A stretch of 64,000 nucleotides of DNA from Tubulanus polymorphus (Eukaryota > Animalia > Nemertea): contig NC_134025.1 of assembly GCF_964204645.1 (NCBI RefSeq), positions 2,480,001 through 2,544,000 of the forward strand, read 5' to 3'. Under the pieces are notes generated by a model. That model saw only the letters and a program-made list of their open reading frames with translations. It was not told the origin of the DNA and did not search any database. Shown here one piece after another: positions 39,300 through 54,300 of the stretch (position 1 is the stretch's first letter; each line of letters begins with the position of its first letter). The translations under genes and the position numbers were made by a program.

Positions 39300-42200
39300 A
39301 TGGGAAGCAGAAAAACAGGTAAAAGTATAATGGATATCTACAATTTTCCGAACTTGAAAAAACGTTCGGAAGAGAAGCGGAAACTAACGATGGATCTGTT
39401 TCGGAAAAAGTGTTTGGACTCAGATTTACAGAACAGTGATACAGATCTCGATATGGACGGTAAGAAAATCCCCTTTAAAAGTAACATTCAATGAATATCA
39501 TATTCAGCGAAATAACTTAGTCATTGTACTGATTGAAAAATCAAACCCCGAATCTTGCTTACTCTAAAAACATAATTCGTTCTGAATAATCATTTTCCTG
39601 AAAGTTGAATGCAGTAGTTTATCCATATGGGTAAAATATAGAATCTTTAAGGTTGTGTCAAAATCGTATGTTTTTTTTTGTTATCGGTATTCAAAACTAT
39701 TAACCATTTGACCGAAGTACGACCTACAACACTGAATAAATCCACCGATATCATGTTCACGGGGATCTTATAAAAATATTCTAATTATGATCCTGATAAC
39801 AATTGTGTCCGTACTAATGTTCATATTGACCATTTACACAATGTGGAATAGAACATATTCAAACGTTCTGCCCCACAATTAACTAATCCGACTGTAAGTA
39901 CTGACGTAGCTCAGCCTTGTCGGTTTAAGAAGGCAGTCTGAATAATAAGTACTCATACGATTTCGAGGTTACAATATTTGCAATGAAATTCCTGATTACT
40001 TTTTTCGTAGAAGACGAAATGTTGGGAATAAAGAAGAAAGATCCGAGTGATAGTTGTAAAATGTATGAAGGCGCGTGTAAGCGTTATGGAGTGGTCCCTT
40101 CGTCGCATTTCATCAAACAAATTAATCGTAAGAAAACAGAAATGAGATTGGTCGATATGGCGATCGAGGTGAACGAATTGAAAGCGATGTGTATCCCTCT
40201 CTTAGTAAGAAGCAGCCGGTAACCGATCAGTTCAAATCAAATATAAGGAAAATCTTTACGAAACTCGCGCCTCATTTTCTATTGCAGAATAATACACATG
40301 TAACATCCCTTGATATATCGGGAAACTCCTTTGGCAAGCGAGGTTTAAATCAGTTGGTAGATATGCTGAAAGAAAATGTTTTCATCGTTTATCTGGTAGA
40401 TGAAATATATAAAAAAAATATATAAATATATAAATTGTTTGATTATAAAATGACTGATATCTTCAATGTTTATATCTAGAATCTCTCTAACAACGATTTA
40501 GGAAGTTACGGCGCCCGAGCAGTAAATGATCTACTTACTACAAATCAACGACTTAAATCCATCAATGTATCCGGTAAAAATTCAAAACTTCATCGAAGAC
40601 GGATTCGTTAGTTTTATCGTCTTTGTAAAACCCATTTCATCTTCGTAGGAAATAAATTCTGTGAAGAAGACGCCAAAGCGTTTGCTGCAATCTTAAAGGT
40701 TTGAATGATGATTGTGTTTTGAAAGTTATGTAAATGTACTCGTATTATCGTAACGAATTCAAATTTAACTGTTTATCATTCAGCAAAATGTGACGTTAAG
40801 ATCGTTGAATTTGAGTCATAACGAATTCGGTGAAATCGGTGGTAAACACATCGGCTCAGTATTAGGTATAAGCATAGAAAATGAGATTTGACGTTTAAAG
40901 ACGTTTTCACAAATAGCTGCCCAGCTACGTTTACTTCTCAACGCGTGTTTCAGGTGAAAATATCTCATTGGAAGAACTAGATCTCAGTTGGAACCATATC
41001 AGATTAAAAGGTGCAATTGCCATCGCAAAAGGTTTGAAGGTAGGGACCTCGATTCCCAGCGCGTTTGAATGAAATGGTTTTATGCACTCGTTTACTCTCG
41101 ATAATTAGTTGCTTGTTTCTATTTTCATTTATCGGGGTATTACTTTCACAGGAGAATGATACGTTGCAGAGATTAAACCTAGCCTGGAATGGATTTGGCA
41201 ACCAGGGGGCACGAGCGCTCGGAGAAGCCCTAGCAGACGGCACTGGACTCGTCGACCTAGACTTGACGAGTAATCGCATCGGTATAGTTGGCGTCAATTC
41301 GTTGACTAAAGGACTCATGGAAAATAAAACACTTAAAGTACTCAAGGTAAGCATGCCACCTCGAGTATAAGTGTTTTATGAATCCGATTCGTCAGAGCGA
41401 AGATAAGCTTCTTGTTCATCACAGAAATCAATCGCTGATAGATTTCTACATGTTTTATGGACTAGTCACAGATTATCTTTGACTGTCACAGATTATCTAT
41501 GAGTATCATGCAGAAACTATCTTGTATATTTTAAATTTCATGAATTAGTTGAAAATGAACCCGATTTCTACGATTGGTGCTGAGAAGATGCTGAAAGCCC
41601 TTGCGGAGAATTCAAGCGTCGTTAAAGTAGATATCGACGTAAGTAGGAATAAGGGTATCTGTAGAGATCTCGAGTAACGGGGTAACGGGGTAAATTAGTC
41701 CATCTATATCGAGGAAACATCTTAAATTAAATCAAATGAATAAAAGAAATTAATAGAAAAGTCAATCTGCGAAGTGGTTTGTTGATTTGCTGACATTTAG
41801 AAAGCGAAGACGCTTATAACCTTTCGGCCAAACGACCAAACAAACATAACGACCTAACGTCACAAGCTTTAGTCATCGCGAGTCATTAGTTGTTTATTAG
41901 TTATTTCATATATTATTCCAGGGAGTTCCGGTTACTTACGATTTCGGTGTTTTGTTAGAGGAAATAAAAGGCACGAAGACAAATCTTGAAGTAAAACACG
42001 GGCCGTTCGTGAGGAAAGAAGACGCTATTATACTGAAAGAATTGGCAAACACATCGTACAAAGCAGATCCGTTGAAAGTCCTTATGAAATACATAGCGGA
42101 AAAACAGTTAGGGTTGGAAGAAATATTTACAACGTGTCAGTTATTAGGACCAACCACTCTAAGCGAGGAGGATTTCAAATTGGCTATACAGGTCGGGTTT

Positions 42201-42976
42201 CAAAATCAATTTGTCATACACACTTGCGACTTCATTCGCAGAAAACTTTCAAAGCATACTTTTTGTTATTCAGATGGCGGCTATACCGCTGTCAGATGAC
42301 CAGCTAGATTCATTGACTGAAGCATTTAAGAAGGACGCTAGCGGAATGGAATTCAGTGATTCGGACGATGAAGTCGATACATTTGTAGATCTCAAGTAGG
42401 ATTTCATCCCTAAACTCTAATATGAATTACTGATCGGATTATGAAAGCATGTAAAATGAAAGCATTTATTTTCTTAGGGACTTCAACATCAACGAAGAGC
42501 GACTAACACAAATGAGGGAAGAAATTAGGAGAAAGAAAGAAGAATACATTGAAAATCTAGGTCAAGAAGATTTCGAGGAATTGGGAATTCTCAAATTAAA
42601 TGAAGACGGGGATATAATTGAAGATGTTGATTTGGATGATGATAGTTTCTACGGTGACTTTAGGGAGGATGTAGTAACGGCAGTATCAGGAGCTATGGAT
42701 GCAGACGATGAAAGCGAAGGCGAAGAAAACGCTAGCGCGCGAAAACAGCGTAAAACAAAATCCTCGAGATCTTCGGCGAATCGTGCGTTTCCGATGACGC
42801 AACCCGAACCGACGACTATGTCATCGGAAGATACAGTTCTAAATAGCGCACGAACATCGCCTGCTGAAATAGATACCGAATCTAATGAGATTAAAGACAA
42901 TGTAGAATCCGAGGAAACGAAAGACATTGAACAGAATTCTGTTGCTCCTCAGGATTCTATTCAACACAAAACTTGA
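39300..42976 (+). CDS. LRRC74-like RNI-type leucine-rich repeat protein with degenerate EF-hand region and acidic tail, ~12 exons
   Basis: YEGACKRYGVVPSSHF precedes repeated 28-aa LRRs (LDISGNSFG, LNLSHNEFGEIGG, LDLSWNHIRLKGA, LNLAWNGFGNQGA, LDLTSNRIG), followed by DPLKVLMKYI. Confidence 0.85.
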
Positions 42977-43055
42977 ACACTACCTAAATGTTGATTGAAT
43001 TTTTGTATTCTACGTTTGATGTTATTAATAGAAAATCGTATCGTATTCGAAGTTT

Positions 43056-45558
43056 TTAAGTACTCAAAGTTGAGATTGGTTCGCATTCCTCGGTTACTGT
43101 GCTGATGACGCTTGATTTTTGACTGAGAATTTTTGACGGGTCTTGTAGTAATGTGATACGGTCCATCAATGACCGTCTCACCCCCGAATAGGTACGAAAC
43201 GCCGTGCGAAAATAATCCCTTAAGGAAGGGCGTTCAATTGCATCTGCTTCAAGGTCAAACCAATGTTTCAGCGTCATCGTCAACTTCTTGTCCATGACTG
43301 ACTCACTGTACGCTTTCTTTGCTAATGAAACCTACAAATAACATCGTATTTCTATCTTTTAAACCTGTCAAATCATATTTTGGGATTATTACATTTTTCA
43401 GATTGTTTATAGGTCTAAAATGTAAAAAATTCGACGATTACGTTTTGTCTTATTTTGTTGAGGTCTTCTGCGGTGAGTTTATCGAAATCTCCGAGTTGTT
43501 TAAGGTAGATACCGGGTAACTCGACCGATGTATGTGTCGCCCGTTGACTTGCCCAGTTCTTCTCACAGCGATATGTATCTTGGCCACCTGGTGTCCGACG
43601 ATGGCTCGGACCATTTTGAGATTTATGCTGCATGTACGAAATTAAGCAAACGGGTCACAAACGAGCAAACTTGACACAAAATTGATTAAATATGCCATAT
43701 TTGAAAGTTGTTCCAACATCCTAATTTGGCAGTGAGATCATAATCGCACAAAATGTTAGGTGCAACAGTTACCCTTGGTTCGAGGTGTTTTCCTTCCGAT
43801 GTGTTGTTGGCTGCTAAGACAGTAAGAGTGATTCGTCCCCGCCTTCGAGATTGGGGTCTAAATTGACTTCCCAAATCTTTAGCACTGAATACTATATGTA
43901 ACGGCTGCGCGTATGGACTATTTTCATTCCGTCCTAATTGAAAAATAATCACAAAAGCCTGGGTCAAACTGGTTCTAATAGTGAAACACCGCTGTAGTGA
44001 TGAAAAGTTGAGTTGATACCAACCTGCATTATTGGCTTTCAGTGTCTGCAAATGTTGGACAAGTTGTTTTTCGGTAAGACCTATCAACCTGGCACCTGCT
44101 GCGTAATGACTTACTACATGTGGTGCGCGTTTATATTTGCTTTTATAATATCTGAAATATTTTTGAAATAAAAATTATGATAATAATGATAATTATAGAG
44201 GTTTCACTATTGATTGCGTCTGTTCTTCTTACCCAACAATTTCGTCCATCGAGTGAAGAGCTGATTTCTTCATAAAATGAGTCAGCGCTTCAAAAAGAAG
44301 TACTTCACGATTGTTCTTGTCCTTCAATTCTGGATACTTCGAATAATCGACATGAGAGAGCGCTGTCAAAACAGTGAAAGAGAATCGAATAACACCCAAG
44401 CATTCCTTAGTCGAAGCTACTAAATGACTAAATGCAATTCTAAATGCAATTCTCAGGAGAGTTCAGCATTTTCATTGCGTTGTTCATAGCTTCGTAGTCT
44501 AATTCTTGGTTTGATTGATTTCGAAATCTTAAAGTAGCTGTATATGTTAAATCACCAATAGCCACAATTTCTGAAATTTCTATCCACATGTAACGTACAT
44601 TTCAATTATAATTTTGCGCATATTGAATACGTTTCCAATTCAGTGTAATGAATTTAATGTAATGTGATATACACACCCATAGATTCGAGGAACCTTTCTG
44701 TATTTGTCATTAGTTCAAGGAATTCGTTGAAATCTATTTCGCCATTGCCTGTAAAAAAGCTACGAGTTCATCAAATTGACCGTCATAGAAATACGATATT
44801 ACGTATCAGAATATGCGTATAATCACTGACTAGCTCCTACCTACCATCTTTATCGATATTGAATAGAACATCTCTTATTTCTTCAGGCGTGAGGATTATT
44901 CCGACAGATCGCAGAGTCTGGTCCAATTCTTCGGCATCGATTGTACCCCCGCCATTTTTATCAAAAAGATCAAATACTTCTCGAAATGCTGAAAACAATC
45001 AATAATAAAAGTTGTCTTATCGTCTATAAATCTGATAATCAATGATAACTCCGTTTTAATACCTAAACGCTGCTGCGCAGTGATCGTTATTTTTTCATGG
45101 CGAGAACAATTTGGTGTCAAACATCTCGGAGTCCCTCCATTTTTCTTCTTTCCATTTTGATTTGTTTCGGTTATTCTGGACGGCGTTTTGGTTGACTTTT
45201 GGTCGTTGCTTTCATTTGCATATTTAGTAACTTCACCCGCTGCAGAACCGGTACCCTTCTTTTGTTTCTTTCCATCGACGAGACCGAAACAAATAGCATT
45301 GCGCCTGCTGTACGGGTGCATAGGATAGACGACCAGTTGAACGGCTTTCGATCCTCGCCGGGAATTTTTCCGTGCTCCTCTTTGTGGCAAAGTTGTCTTC
45401 CTTCTGTTGGAACCAGCGTCGAGTTTCTGATATTTTTTCCGCGTACCCTGTTTGTTCTCATCGATTTTAACTCGTGCAACTTTGGACTTTTTCAGTGGCG
45501 GTAATTTAACCGAATTCTGCTCACCCTCTAGACGTAAGGGTGGCTTCTTAGTCGACAT
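43056..45558 (-). CDS. EF-hand protein of the EFCAB3/SPATA21 type, ~8 exons
   Basis: AFREVFDLFDKNGGGTIDAEEL...IDKDG|NGEIDFNEFLELMT, then LLFEALTHFMKKSAL, HYAAGARLIGLTEKQL and NSPYAQP, which parallel EFCAB3 motifs as I recall them. The N-terminus is basic. Confidence 0.82.
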
Positions 45559-45611
45559 AATAGCGAATTACCTTGCTAACCCATTTCGAGCGTCATACTA
45601 ATGATAATTCT

Positions 45612-45624
45612 GTTGATTGGCAAC
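45612..45624. promoter_or_regulatory. RFX X-box-like motif upstream of the EFCAB3-like gene
   Basis: GTTGATTGGCAAC about 55 bp 5' of the ATG. Confidence 0.4.
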
Positions 45625-46174
45625 CATTTCCATGATGTTACTGAGTAACTATGGTGATTAAAAGCTGCAATTTGATAGGTTTACTTGTTTGAACAAAAAA
45701 CCCACGAATCTCCCGGACGAATCTCAGAAGAAAAACAAGTTTTGAAAATGGCTCAGTCGAAAAATCGGCTGATTGTGGTTTGTTTTTAATTGCAGTATTT
45801 CCCCGAGGTTGTATAAACAAAGTTATGCTAATGATGTATGAATGGTTTTTATTAACTAACTGTTCGCGAAATATCATTCTAAATCCCATCCCCTTCAGAG
45901 AAATAAGACTCAAAAAAGTCAGTTTTCCCTGGAGCGGGGCACCTTTTCCCGTCATGACGGTCCGTCTCATAAAGTTCTCTTTCGCTCGAATTTGGTGGAA
46001 TCAATGATTTACTTTAAAAATAAAGAAATGAAATAAAGGAATTCTAGTGTTCCTTTCACGCCCGGTTCAGATGAGAATTTAACGCACCTCACTCAACCCG
46101 TGGCCGCGGCGAAATATCATCGGGCCATAACCGTGCTTTATCCAACACAAACCAGTACCGTAATTTTTACTTAA

Positions 46175-47035
46175 CTAAGTCGCAGCCGTATTTTAGATTT
46201 CACCTAAGCCGCAGCCGTTCTTTAGACTTTCTGGAATATTCATCGAGGCCGCAGCCGTATTTTACACTTGACACTTCTCAACCAGGATTGACCCCAACGC
46301 TACTTCTATGTACTTTTACTGTCCGTTCTCTACTGCTAGTGACTGAGGGAGTCAGGGATTTAAATACTCGCCTGAACATTCATGCGTGACAAATTTCTAA
46401 TCCAATCCTACTGACTGGATAGGCTAGATGTAAGAATTTCTATTTTTTTGAATGAAACGTTACGATTAGAACAACAATAATTTTCCTTTTTTGTGCTGCT
46501 TGCTTCGCTTGCCCCCGGCCTCCTCGCCCAGCCTGTCCTCTCCATCATGCTTTCCTCAGCTCTCGATCTCATGATCAGTTTCTCAATCAGCATTTCACCC
46601 AGTCCTGATCAGTGGCCGGTTCGCAGCGCTGCGTGTACCAAGAGCTCGCGATAGCGATTACTAACACTAAAGGTTCTCGGTGAACAGGCAGGTGATATTT
46701 TGCTGAAGTGATGCAGCATTATTCCTGTTTAAGCTATGCGTATGTTGCCAACTTTTGCTACGATTGGCTTCCAATTTACACTGTGTCTCTGTGAGGCGCG
46801 TGACTTCAGAAATTTCAAGGGAAATGTGGAGAAAGAGAGACGAGAGAAAATAGAGCAGTGTTCAAACCTGGGCAGTGTCTTTCCACTAGAACACCGAGTC
46901 CTGTGAGTGTGAAAACCAAATATGTCTTATATACATAGCATTTAACCTCACCTTAACTCTATCCCTGTAAAACGGACCCTACTAAACCTACCCTAACCAT
47001 ATCGAAACCCTAATCCTGAACCTAGATACCTAATT
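46175..47035. mobile_element. Probable transposon remnant(s)
   Basis: Three spaced copies of CGCAGCCGT(A/T)(T/C)TTTA (46181-46264), a GC-rich core, and a degenerate (TAACCC)-like tract (46943-47032). Confidence 0.4.
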
Positions 47036-48385
47036 TTCAAAAGATTCCATTATAGATTTGGCCTAGGCCTAGTTCAAATGAGATATGGGCCTATGCATTG
47101 ATTTATTTATTCTATTGATTAAACTGAAGTCCAGATTCTGTACTAGTTGAGTTGGTTTTGCCTCGTTGATAAAGGGGATTGAGTGAGAAGAGTGAACCAT
47201 TTGAATTTTCACTTTTCCTTGTTGCTCAGTAATTGCTATATCCCCCAACAACTAGGCCTACACCGCAACCAAGCCACCTCCCCCCATTGTCAGTGAAACC
47301 AATGGAGAATGCTGCAATGGTCTGTTGAATTCGAATTTATAGATAATAATGAAATATATGAACTACAGCTGTAGTTCAGCTGTATATGGCTCGGGGAATA
47401 CTGGTAGGCCTAGTTAACTTCATTTATTTGGTCTAATATTTATCAAATCCAATCCAAGTCAAAAGTAGGCCTACAAGAGGATACTCATATGCACAATTTT
47501 CTACTTCTATCCGACTTGTGCTGTTTATTCTGTGTTGTAATATAGAATTAGAATTAGGTTATTTCACTCGCATTGAATACACATAGGCAGTCATAAAATA
47601 GAGATTGTAGTTTGAAAGCAGTAAATCATGCAGCATATGTTTTTAATGAATGATTCCAGGCATTATTCATTGAAATTTGATATGAAAAGTAAATTTTTGT
47701 TTGGGCCTACCAGTTTTTTCATTATTTTTTATGATACAATTTGTAGACAGTTTAAAACCTAAGGCCCTTTTTTGTGTCTTGGAGTAATTAGATTTTTTTA
47801 TTCATGAAAAATATGGTTTAAAATTTTACAGGTATTTTACAATGGAAGGGAAAAGAAAAAAAATTTTTTAATTTTAATTATTCGAGTACCATATTTTCCA
47901 CTTAAAATCTTGAAAGGAGAAAAATAAATAAGGAGCGAAAACTAGTTAAATTGAATTCAAATGATGCAAAAAGAAACGGAGAAAAATAATGTAGATTTAG
48001 CCTAATAGAGTTACTAGATACATCAATTATCAGGGCTCGATCTGGTTATATCTGGTGACACTTTTTGTTCTCTGATTGAACTCTTCCTCTCTCATTCCTG
48101 ATTCCATGCATTCATACCCTGACGTGATAATGCATATTTGTGGTTCATATGATGAACTTATGGACCATGATATAAACACGCATTCATCCTAGAACAAACA
48201 GTGCAGTTCATAATTCATTAAACAGTGTATGGTATATACTGAGCTGTTGCTCGGTTTCACATACTGCAGTATGTGCTGCACAGTCGATGTTCTGTTATTA
48301 TGAGCAGCCTATTTCAATGTGAATACGAATGATTGACGATAAAATTACTGTCTTTTTTTGTTTCACTCTGTAGGATACTAAAACA

Positions 48386-51300
48386 ATGAGTGCTAGCAGG
48401 AACAGGTTACTGTTAAAACGTTTGGCTTACATCGGTGTCGGTGTAGGAAGTGGACTGGCTGCATTCGGTATTGGTTATCCATATTATCAAGAACATGCGA
48501 GGTCTAAAGTAAGTCCGCACAGGCCCAATTTCACTAAAAGGTTTTGTTGGTTTATCTCAGTTTAACCCGAATGGATTAGTCATTTAACCTCACAATCTAA
48601 CAGAAGTGTTGCCGACATTAGCAGTAAGCAGGACTGAATGCAGCAGCCTCGTGCCTTATCCTACTGAGCTACTGAGGTTGAAGTCCTAAATTGGGGCAAT
48701 CAAGATTCCTTTGTTGAAAGCCCCTGAGTTATTTAAGGACCCAGGACACATTATGCATAGTCGTACGCTTAGATTTAAGACCATCATAGTTCTATGGCCA
48801 ATCTAAATTTCATTTTCTGAATACGGCTTTTTAGAATTCATTTTCATGCTGTTTATTATTATTTCAATGAGTTTCATTGAATGGTGTTAATTTGAATATA
48901 GAAAAACCTTGCGCACGTGCATGCTGCTGCTGCACAGAAAGAGATCGCCATCGCTCCGTTAAAAACACGCGCCCAACATTACGAAGATCTCGAAAAGCAA
49001 GAGTACGACGTACTGATTATTGGAGGTGGCGCCACTGGCTCGGGTGTAGCGCTTGATGCCGTTAGTCGCGGTAGGTTTGTTTATGAAAGCCGTAGCTAGG
49101 ACGATAACGTCATGGGTGAAAATCTGAAAAATAGATATCTGCTTCGAGTTTGGGAAATTTTATTTCGAAAGTGTGAAAATCTTGATATTCTGTCATGAAA
49201 AACTGTGTGAAAAACCAATTGTAAGTATGTGAAAATTCTCTGGGTTCATGTTTTAAAAGTCGCTGAGCTGCGGAGTATATGCAGCTTTCACAACTTACGA
49301 CAATCTAAAATCGCTGTATTTTTGTTAACTCAACTCACTTAACGAATGCTGCGTTATTTGAATCCCTGAGATTGTAATAATCTATTAATTGTTCTTATAT
49401 ATGGTTTTTGTCAAAAGGATTAAAAACTGCTGTTGTTGAGAAGTTTGATTTCGCCGCTGGTACGAGTAGTAGAAGTACGAAACTCATCCACGGAGGAGTT
49501 CGATATCTTCAAAAAGCATTCTTTAACCTCGATTACGAACAGGTAAATTTCATCTCTTATTTCATCATAAATAGACATCTCATTTCAAGCGGTCAGATTG
49601 ATGTGAAAAATTGTGAAAATTCTAGAATAGTGTCTGTTTTACTGTTTTAATCTCTTTCAATGCCGTATACGGTGGAGCTTAGAATGTGCAAGCTGTGTTA
49701 AATATTCAATCCGTCTAGATTGTGATCCCTTTGTTACTGGTACCTTGACATGAGAAAAATAAGGAAAAATGAAAAATCCTGGTATTTTGTTGTTAAGAAA
49801 TATGCAAATGCTAATTGTAAGGCTGAGGAAGTCTGAGCAATCTGACCCCTGCATTTCTTCAGAACATTTTATAGTTTTGTAAATTTATATTTTGTATAAT
49901 AGTATCGTATGGTGAAAGAAGCTCTCGCTGAACGAGCAAATCTCATTGAAATAGCTCCGCATTTGTCTTATCCGTTACCGATCATGTTACCAGTATACAA
50001 GTAAGTCATCTAGTTTTCCAATATTATATACATTACTATAGAATTTTATATGGAAGCATTTTTTTACGCATCCTCCCTTGACGGGGATTTGAAATCTGAT
50101 GGCATCTTCTGACTCTACCATAGCAAAAAGTCGGTGATGCCGCCAGGTTCAAATCCCTGCCGAGGGAGGATGGATTTACCGTACATGCGATGAAAACTCT
50201 AGAAACCAATACAATCTATAAATCTGTTCTATAGATGGTGGCAGATTCCATACTATTGGTTCGGTATTAAGCTATACGACTTGGTTGCCGGGAAGGAAGT
50301 TTTAAAAACGAGTTATTATTTATCGAAATCAAAGGCATTAGAATTATTTCCTATGTTAAAAAGAGATGAATTAGTGGGTGCTATTGTATATTATGACGGT
50401 AAGTCTACTATATTTACCGGTATCTATCCTCGTCGGTCGCTTCGTTCAATTTCACGCGATTGATTTGGGATTATTATTATTATTGTTTGATGATATAGGC
50501 CAGCATAATGACGCCAGGATGTGTCTGTCTATAGCATTAACTGCTACTAGAATGGGAGCGACTGTATGCAACCACACGGTTTGCGAAAGTATCACTAAAA
50601 AACGGCTCGACAACGGAGAGGAGAGAGTTTGTGGTGCTAAAGTCAAAGATAGATTAACTGGTAAGAATTGTGTGAAGAATTGTTCGGTAGACGATGTGTA
50701 AATCAGTTGTTTTCGCGCTGAAAGATTCCGTGGAGCTTATAAAAAATGCGATTTTGGGAAAGTTGGATTATCTAACTTGTGAAGTGATTTCTGTGCTTTA
50801 AAATGAAGAGATATTTTTTGTTAATTCAGGTAAAGTTTACAACGTTAAAGCTAAAGCTGTGATCAACGCTACGGGACCTTACACCGATGAAATTCGATTG
50901 ATGGACGACTCGAATGCTGATAGAATATGTTCACCGAGTTCTGGAGTTCACGTCGTGCTCCCGGAATATTACAGTCCGGAGAAAATGGGTTTATTAGATC
51001 CAGCTACGAGTGATGGTCGTGTGATATTCTTTCTTCCATGGCTTAATGTCACCATGGCTGGTACGTGATTCATGATTTCCGCAGTACGGGGTAACTTCCC
51101 TCTAAAATGTTGGCGCCACTGTAGAATGATGGTATCTTTTCACAAAAAAAACAATTAAAGTTGTTTCAATTGATATTGTGGGTTTCTCTTAATGATATTC
51201 ATCAAAACTGGAACTTTTTAGCCCCATTTATATTTGGGAAAATTGAAAAATCAGCTATGAAATACTTGGGAATTTTGAAGTTTTGTGATAATACTAATGA

Positions 51301-54300
51301 ATTCATATATATCCCTCGCCAGTATCTCATAGTTTGATTTGTTTGTTTGCGTTCTAGGTACAACGGATAACCCATGCGGGATAACTGATAATCCTGAACC
51401 GCGTGAATCCGAAATCGAATTCATCCTCAATGAAATAAAAAATTACCTTTCACCAGATATACAAGGTATGTTCATCGATTAGTTATATCCAGGGTCCCTT
51501 CGACTTACTACGCCTTTAATCGGTACAGTTGGAAGCTGGATTTTTTTCACCCAATTAAGCAGTTACCAAATTAGAAACCAAGTGTAGGCAGTATAAAGGA
51601 TGAAAATTTTCTTACAAAACCACTGAATTAATAGTTAACTGAGATAAACAGTAGAAGTCTACGGGATATGAAAGTTATGCAGACACTTCCTCAAAATTTG
51701 ACATTTTTATCTCATTTACAAAATTGATATTAGATATGTATTTTGAATGAAATGATGATTTCTCTAGTGAGAAGAGGTGATGTACTGTCAGCTTGGAGCG
51801 GAATTCGTCCATTAGTCCGTGACCCGAATAAACAAGATACTCAATCCATAGCCAGAAACCACATTATAGAAATCAGTAAATCCAAATTGATCACTATTGC
51901 AGGTAAAACTAACAGATGTAATACAATACAGTTATAAATCTTATCTAGAGTTTTATAAGGAAGCCGTGTTTACCTGGTATGAAATGAAAAAGAGTGAAGC
52001 CAAATTGTAGTAGTTTGAAGATTAACTGATTTTATTTGAAATACTGAGCTTTCACTACAAGTAGCTTCATTAGATAAATGAGTAAACAAGACTCATCGAT
52101 AGCAAAGGGTTTTATTTTCATTTAAATCAAGTGATGATATTCGGATAAAGCAGGTTTCACTGTATTTCTACCTTTGAAAATTATTTCACATATTGCTGTT
52201 CATTGTAGGTGGAAAGTGGACGACTTATAGACACATGGCTGAAGAAACAGTCGATAAGGCTGTAACAGTTTGTGATCTAAAACCGAAATCTGGATGCCGT
52301 ACGAAGGGTTTACTACTAGATGGCGCCCATGAATGGTCTCCAACATTATTCATACGTTTAGTACAGGATTTTGGTCTTGAAAGCGAGGTAAGAAATTTGA
52401 CAGCCTGACACCTTACTGAGCGTATTGAAAAATAGCATCAGGGCTCTTTGGAATCGGGGAATTCTGGAATTATGCAAGGGAAATGGGGGTTATTCTGACT
52501 TATTTCTTGAAGTCATGGAAAAGTCTTGAAATGGCTTGTTGTTCTTGGTGATAAGTGGTACAAGGAACCTCTTCAGCAGAAACAGCCCCAACTGACGATA
52601 CCTTATGATGTAATATGGGTCTTTTTGTCAAGGGTCTGGAAAAATCAGGGAATTTCCGATATATAAGAACCCCCTGGTGCATGTATATTTGTTTTTAATG
52701 CGCAGGTTGCTGAACACTTGGCGACAACTTACGGCGACAAAGCGTTCAAAATAGCGAAGATGTGTAATTTAACCGGTAAACGATGGCCAGTAACCGGTCG
52801 TAGAATACATGAAGAATATCCATATTTAGAGGCTGAGGTAAATATAGTTCATTAGGAACCAGTTTCACCCAATCTCGCATCAAGATTCGAGGAGGGCTGA
52901 AATATTAAAAATGATTTAATTTGAACTCTTTATATGGATAGAATCTGAGTTAAGTGACGACTGTTGAACCTGTTTGATTGAAGTGTTTCTATTATAATGT
53001 GTATATATTTGTACAGGTGGTGTATGCTGTGCGTGAATACGCGTGTACGGCTATTGATATTTTAGCCCGGCGGACGAGATTAGCATTTCTAAATGTACAT
53101 GCCGCAGAAGAATCTCTTCCTAAAATAATCGACATCATGTCGAAAGAACTCAACTGGGATAAAGCTCGCATAAAGGTTAGTTCATATATTCCTGTGAAGG
53201 GCTTCGCTTCTCGTAATGATACGTAATGCTCAGCATTGCTAAATACATCAGCAACGTAGGTCGAGTCTGGTTGAATGATTTTGATGTTTGTTTTCTATAG
53301 TTTGAGACGGAAAGAGCGAGGCGTTTTCTCACTAAAGAGATGGGATTGGAATTGAAAGCGCTGTCTCAAAATGTGCCGATCAACTTCACGAAAGATGAAT
53401 TAAACATGTATGTGAAACGCTTCAAGATGTTGGATACCGATAACAAGGGTTATATTACAGTCAATGATCTACGCACATATTTCAAGGTAATTGTTGTGTG
53501 TACCTGGCAGTAGAATACTGTTTCCTTGAGCTTATCCTTGTAGTTTATTTCAACGTTTTGACTCTAATTTTCGTTCTTACTGTGGGTTTTTATATTATCG
53601 ATTCAACATGGATTCAGTGTTTCATCAACCGAATTTACTGCCTTCCTTCAGTGAAGATCAATACATTGCGCAATTGCAGTGTTTGTAATGATTTAGCTTA
53701 ATGCGAATATTCTATAAATTCCCTGTTAATTCTTATATTGTTTATACCATCGAAATTCGTCGATACAAAAACTTATTTTTGTGTCAATTCACGCTGCAGA
53801 AAGTTGGCGAAAACGTCACTGAAGATCAGCTACGGGAAATATTGAATGAAGTTGATTTGAATCGCAATGGACAAATAGATATGGGTGAATTCCTGCAGGT
53901 AATATACATCACTGGATCCAGTTTGGCAGCTGTAAAAAGAACTGTGAAACTGGCTCTAGTTCTCAATAAAGCATGCTATTGATAAGTGGTTTGCCTTCAT
54001 TTCAATGCCTGATTATAGATGAGATGATCCCCTAGGCGCCAGTAGAGTAAGCTTCTAGGTCTTTGGAAAGTATTGTTGCTATTGTTCCAATGATTGATGG
54101 TTTATATTGAGTGTTGTATCGTTTTGTTAGTAGATTATAAACTGGAATAAATATGAGCGAGCTCAGGAGCTGATGACTGCACCATCATCATCATCATCAT
54201 CGGTCTAAATCTTCGATCACTGGTTTGTCATTATTATGAATTCACGTCTCGTTTGCCAGTGTTAAACTATCACTCATAGTTTGTCTTCTACTTACACGCG

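Noticed and set aside
41805-41880. GGCCGAAAGGTTA on the minus strand, hammerhead-like
   Set aside because: No correctly placed CUGANGA box.
46408-46593. GC-rich short ORF
   Set aside because: Lies within a probable transposon remnant and shows no protein motif.
46943-47032. Telomere-like TAACCC tract
   Set aside because: Highly degenerate and internal; more consistent with a transposon-associated simple repeat.
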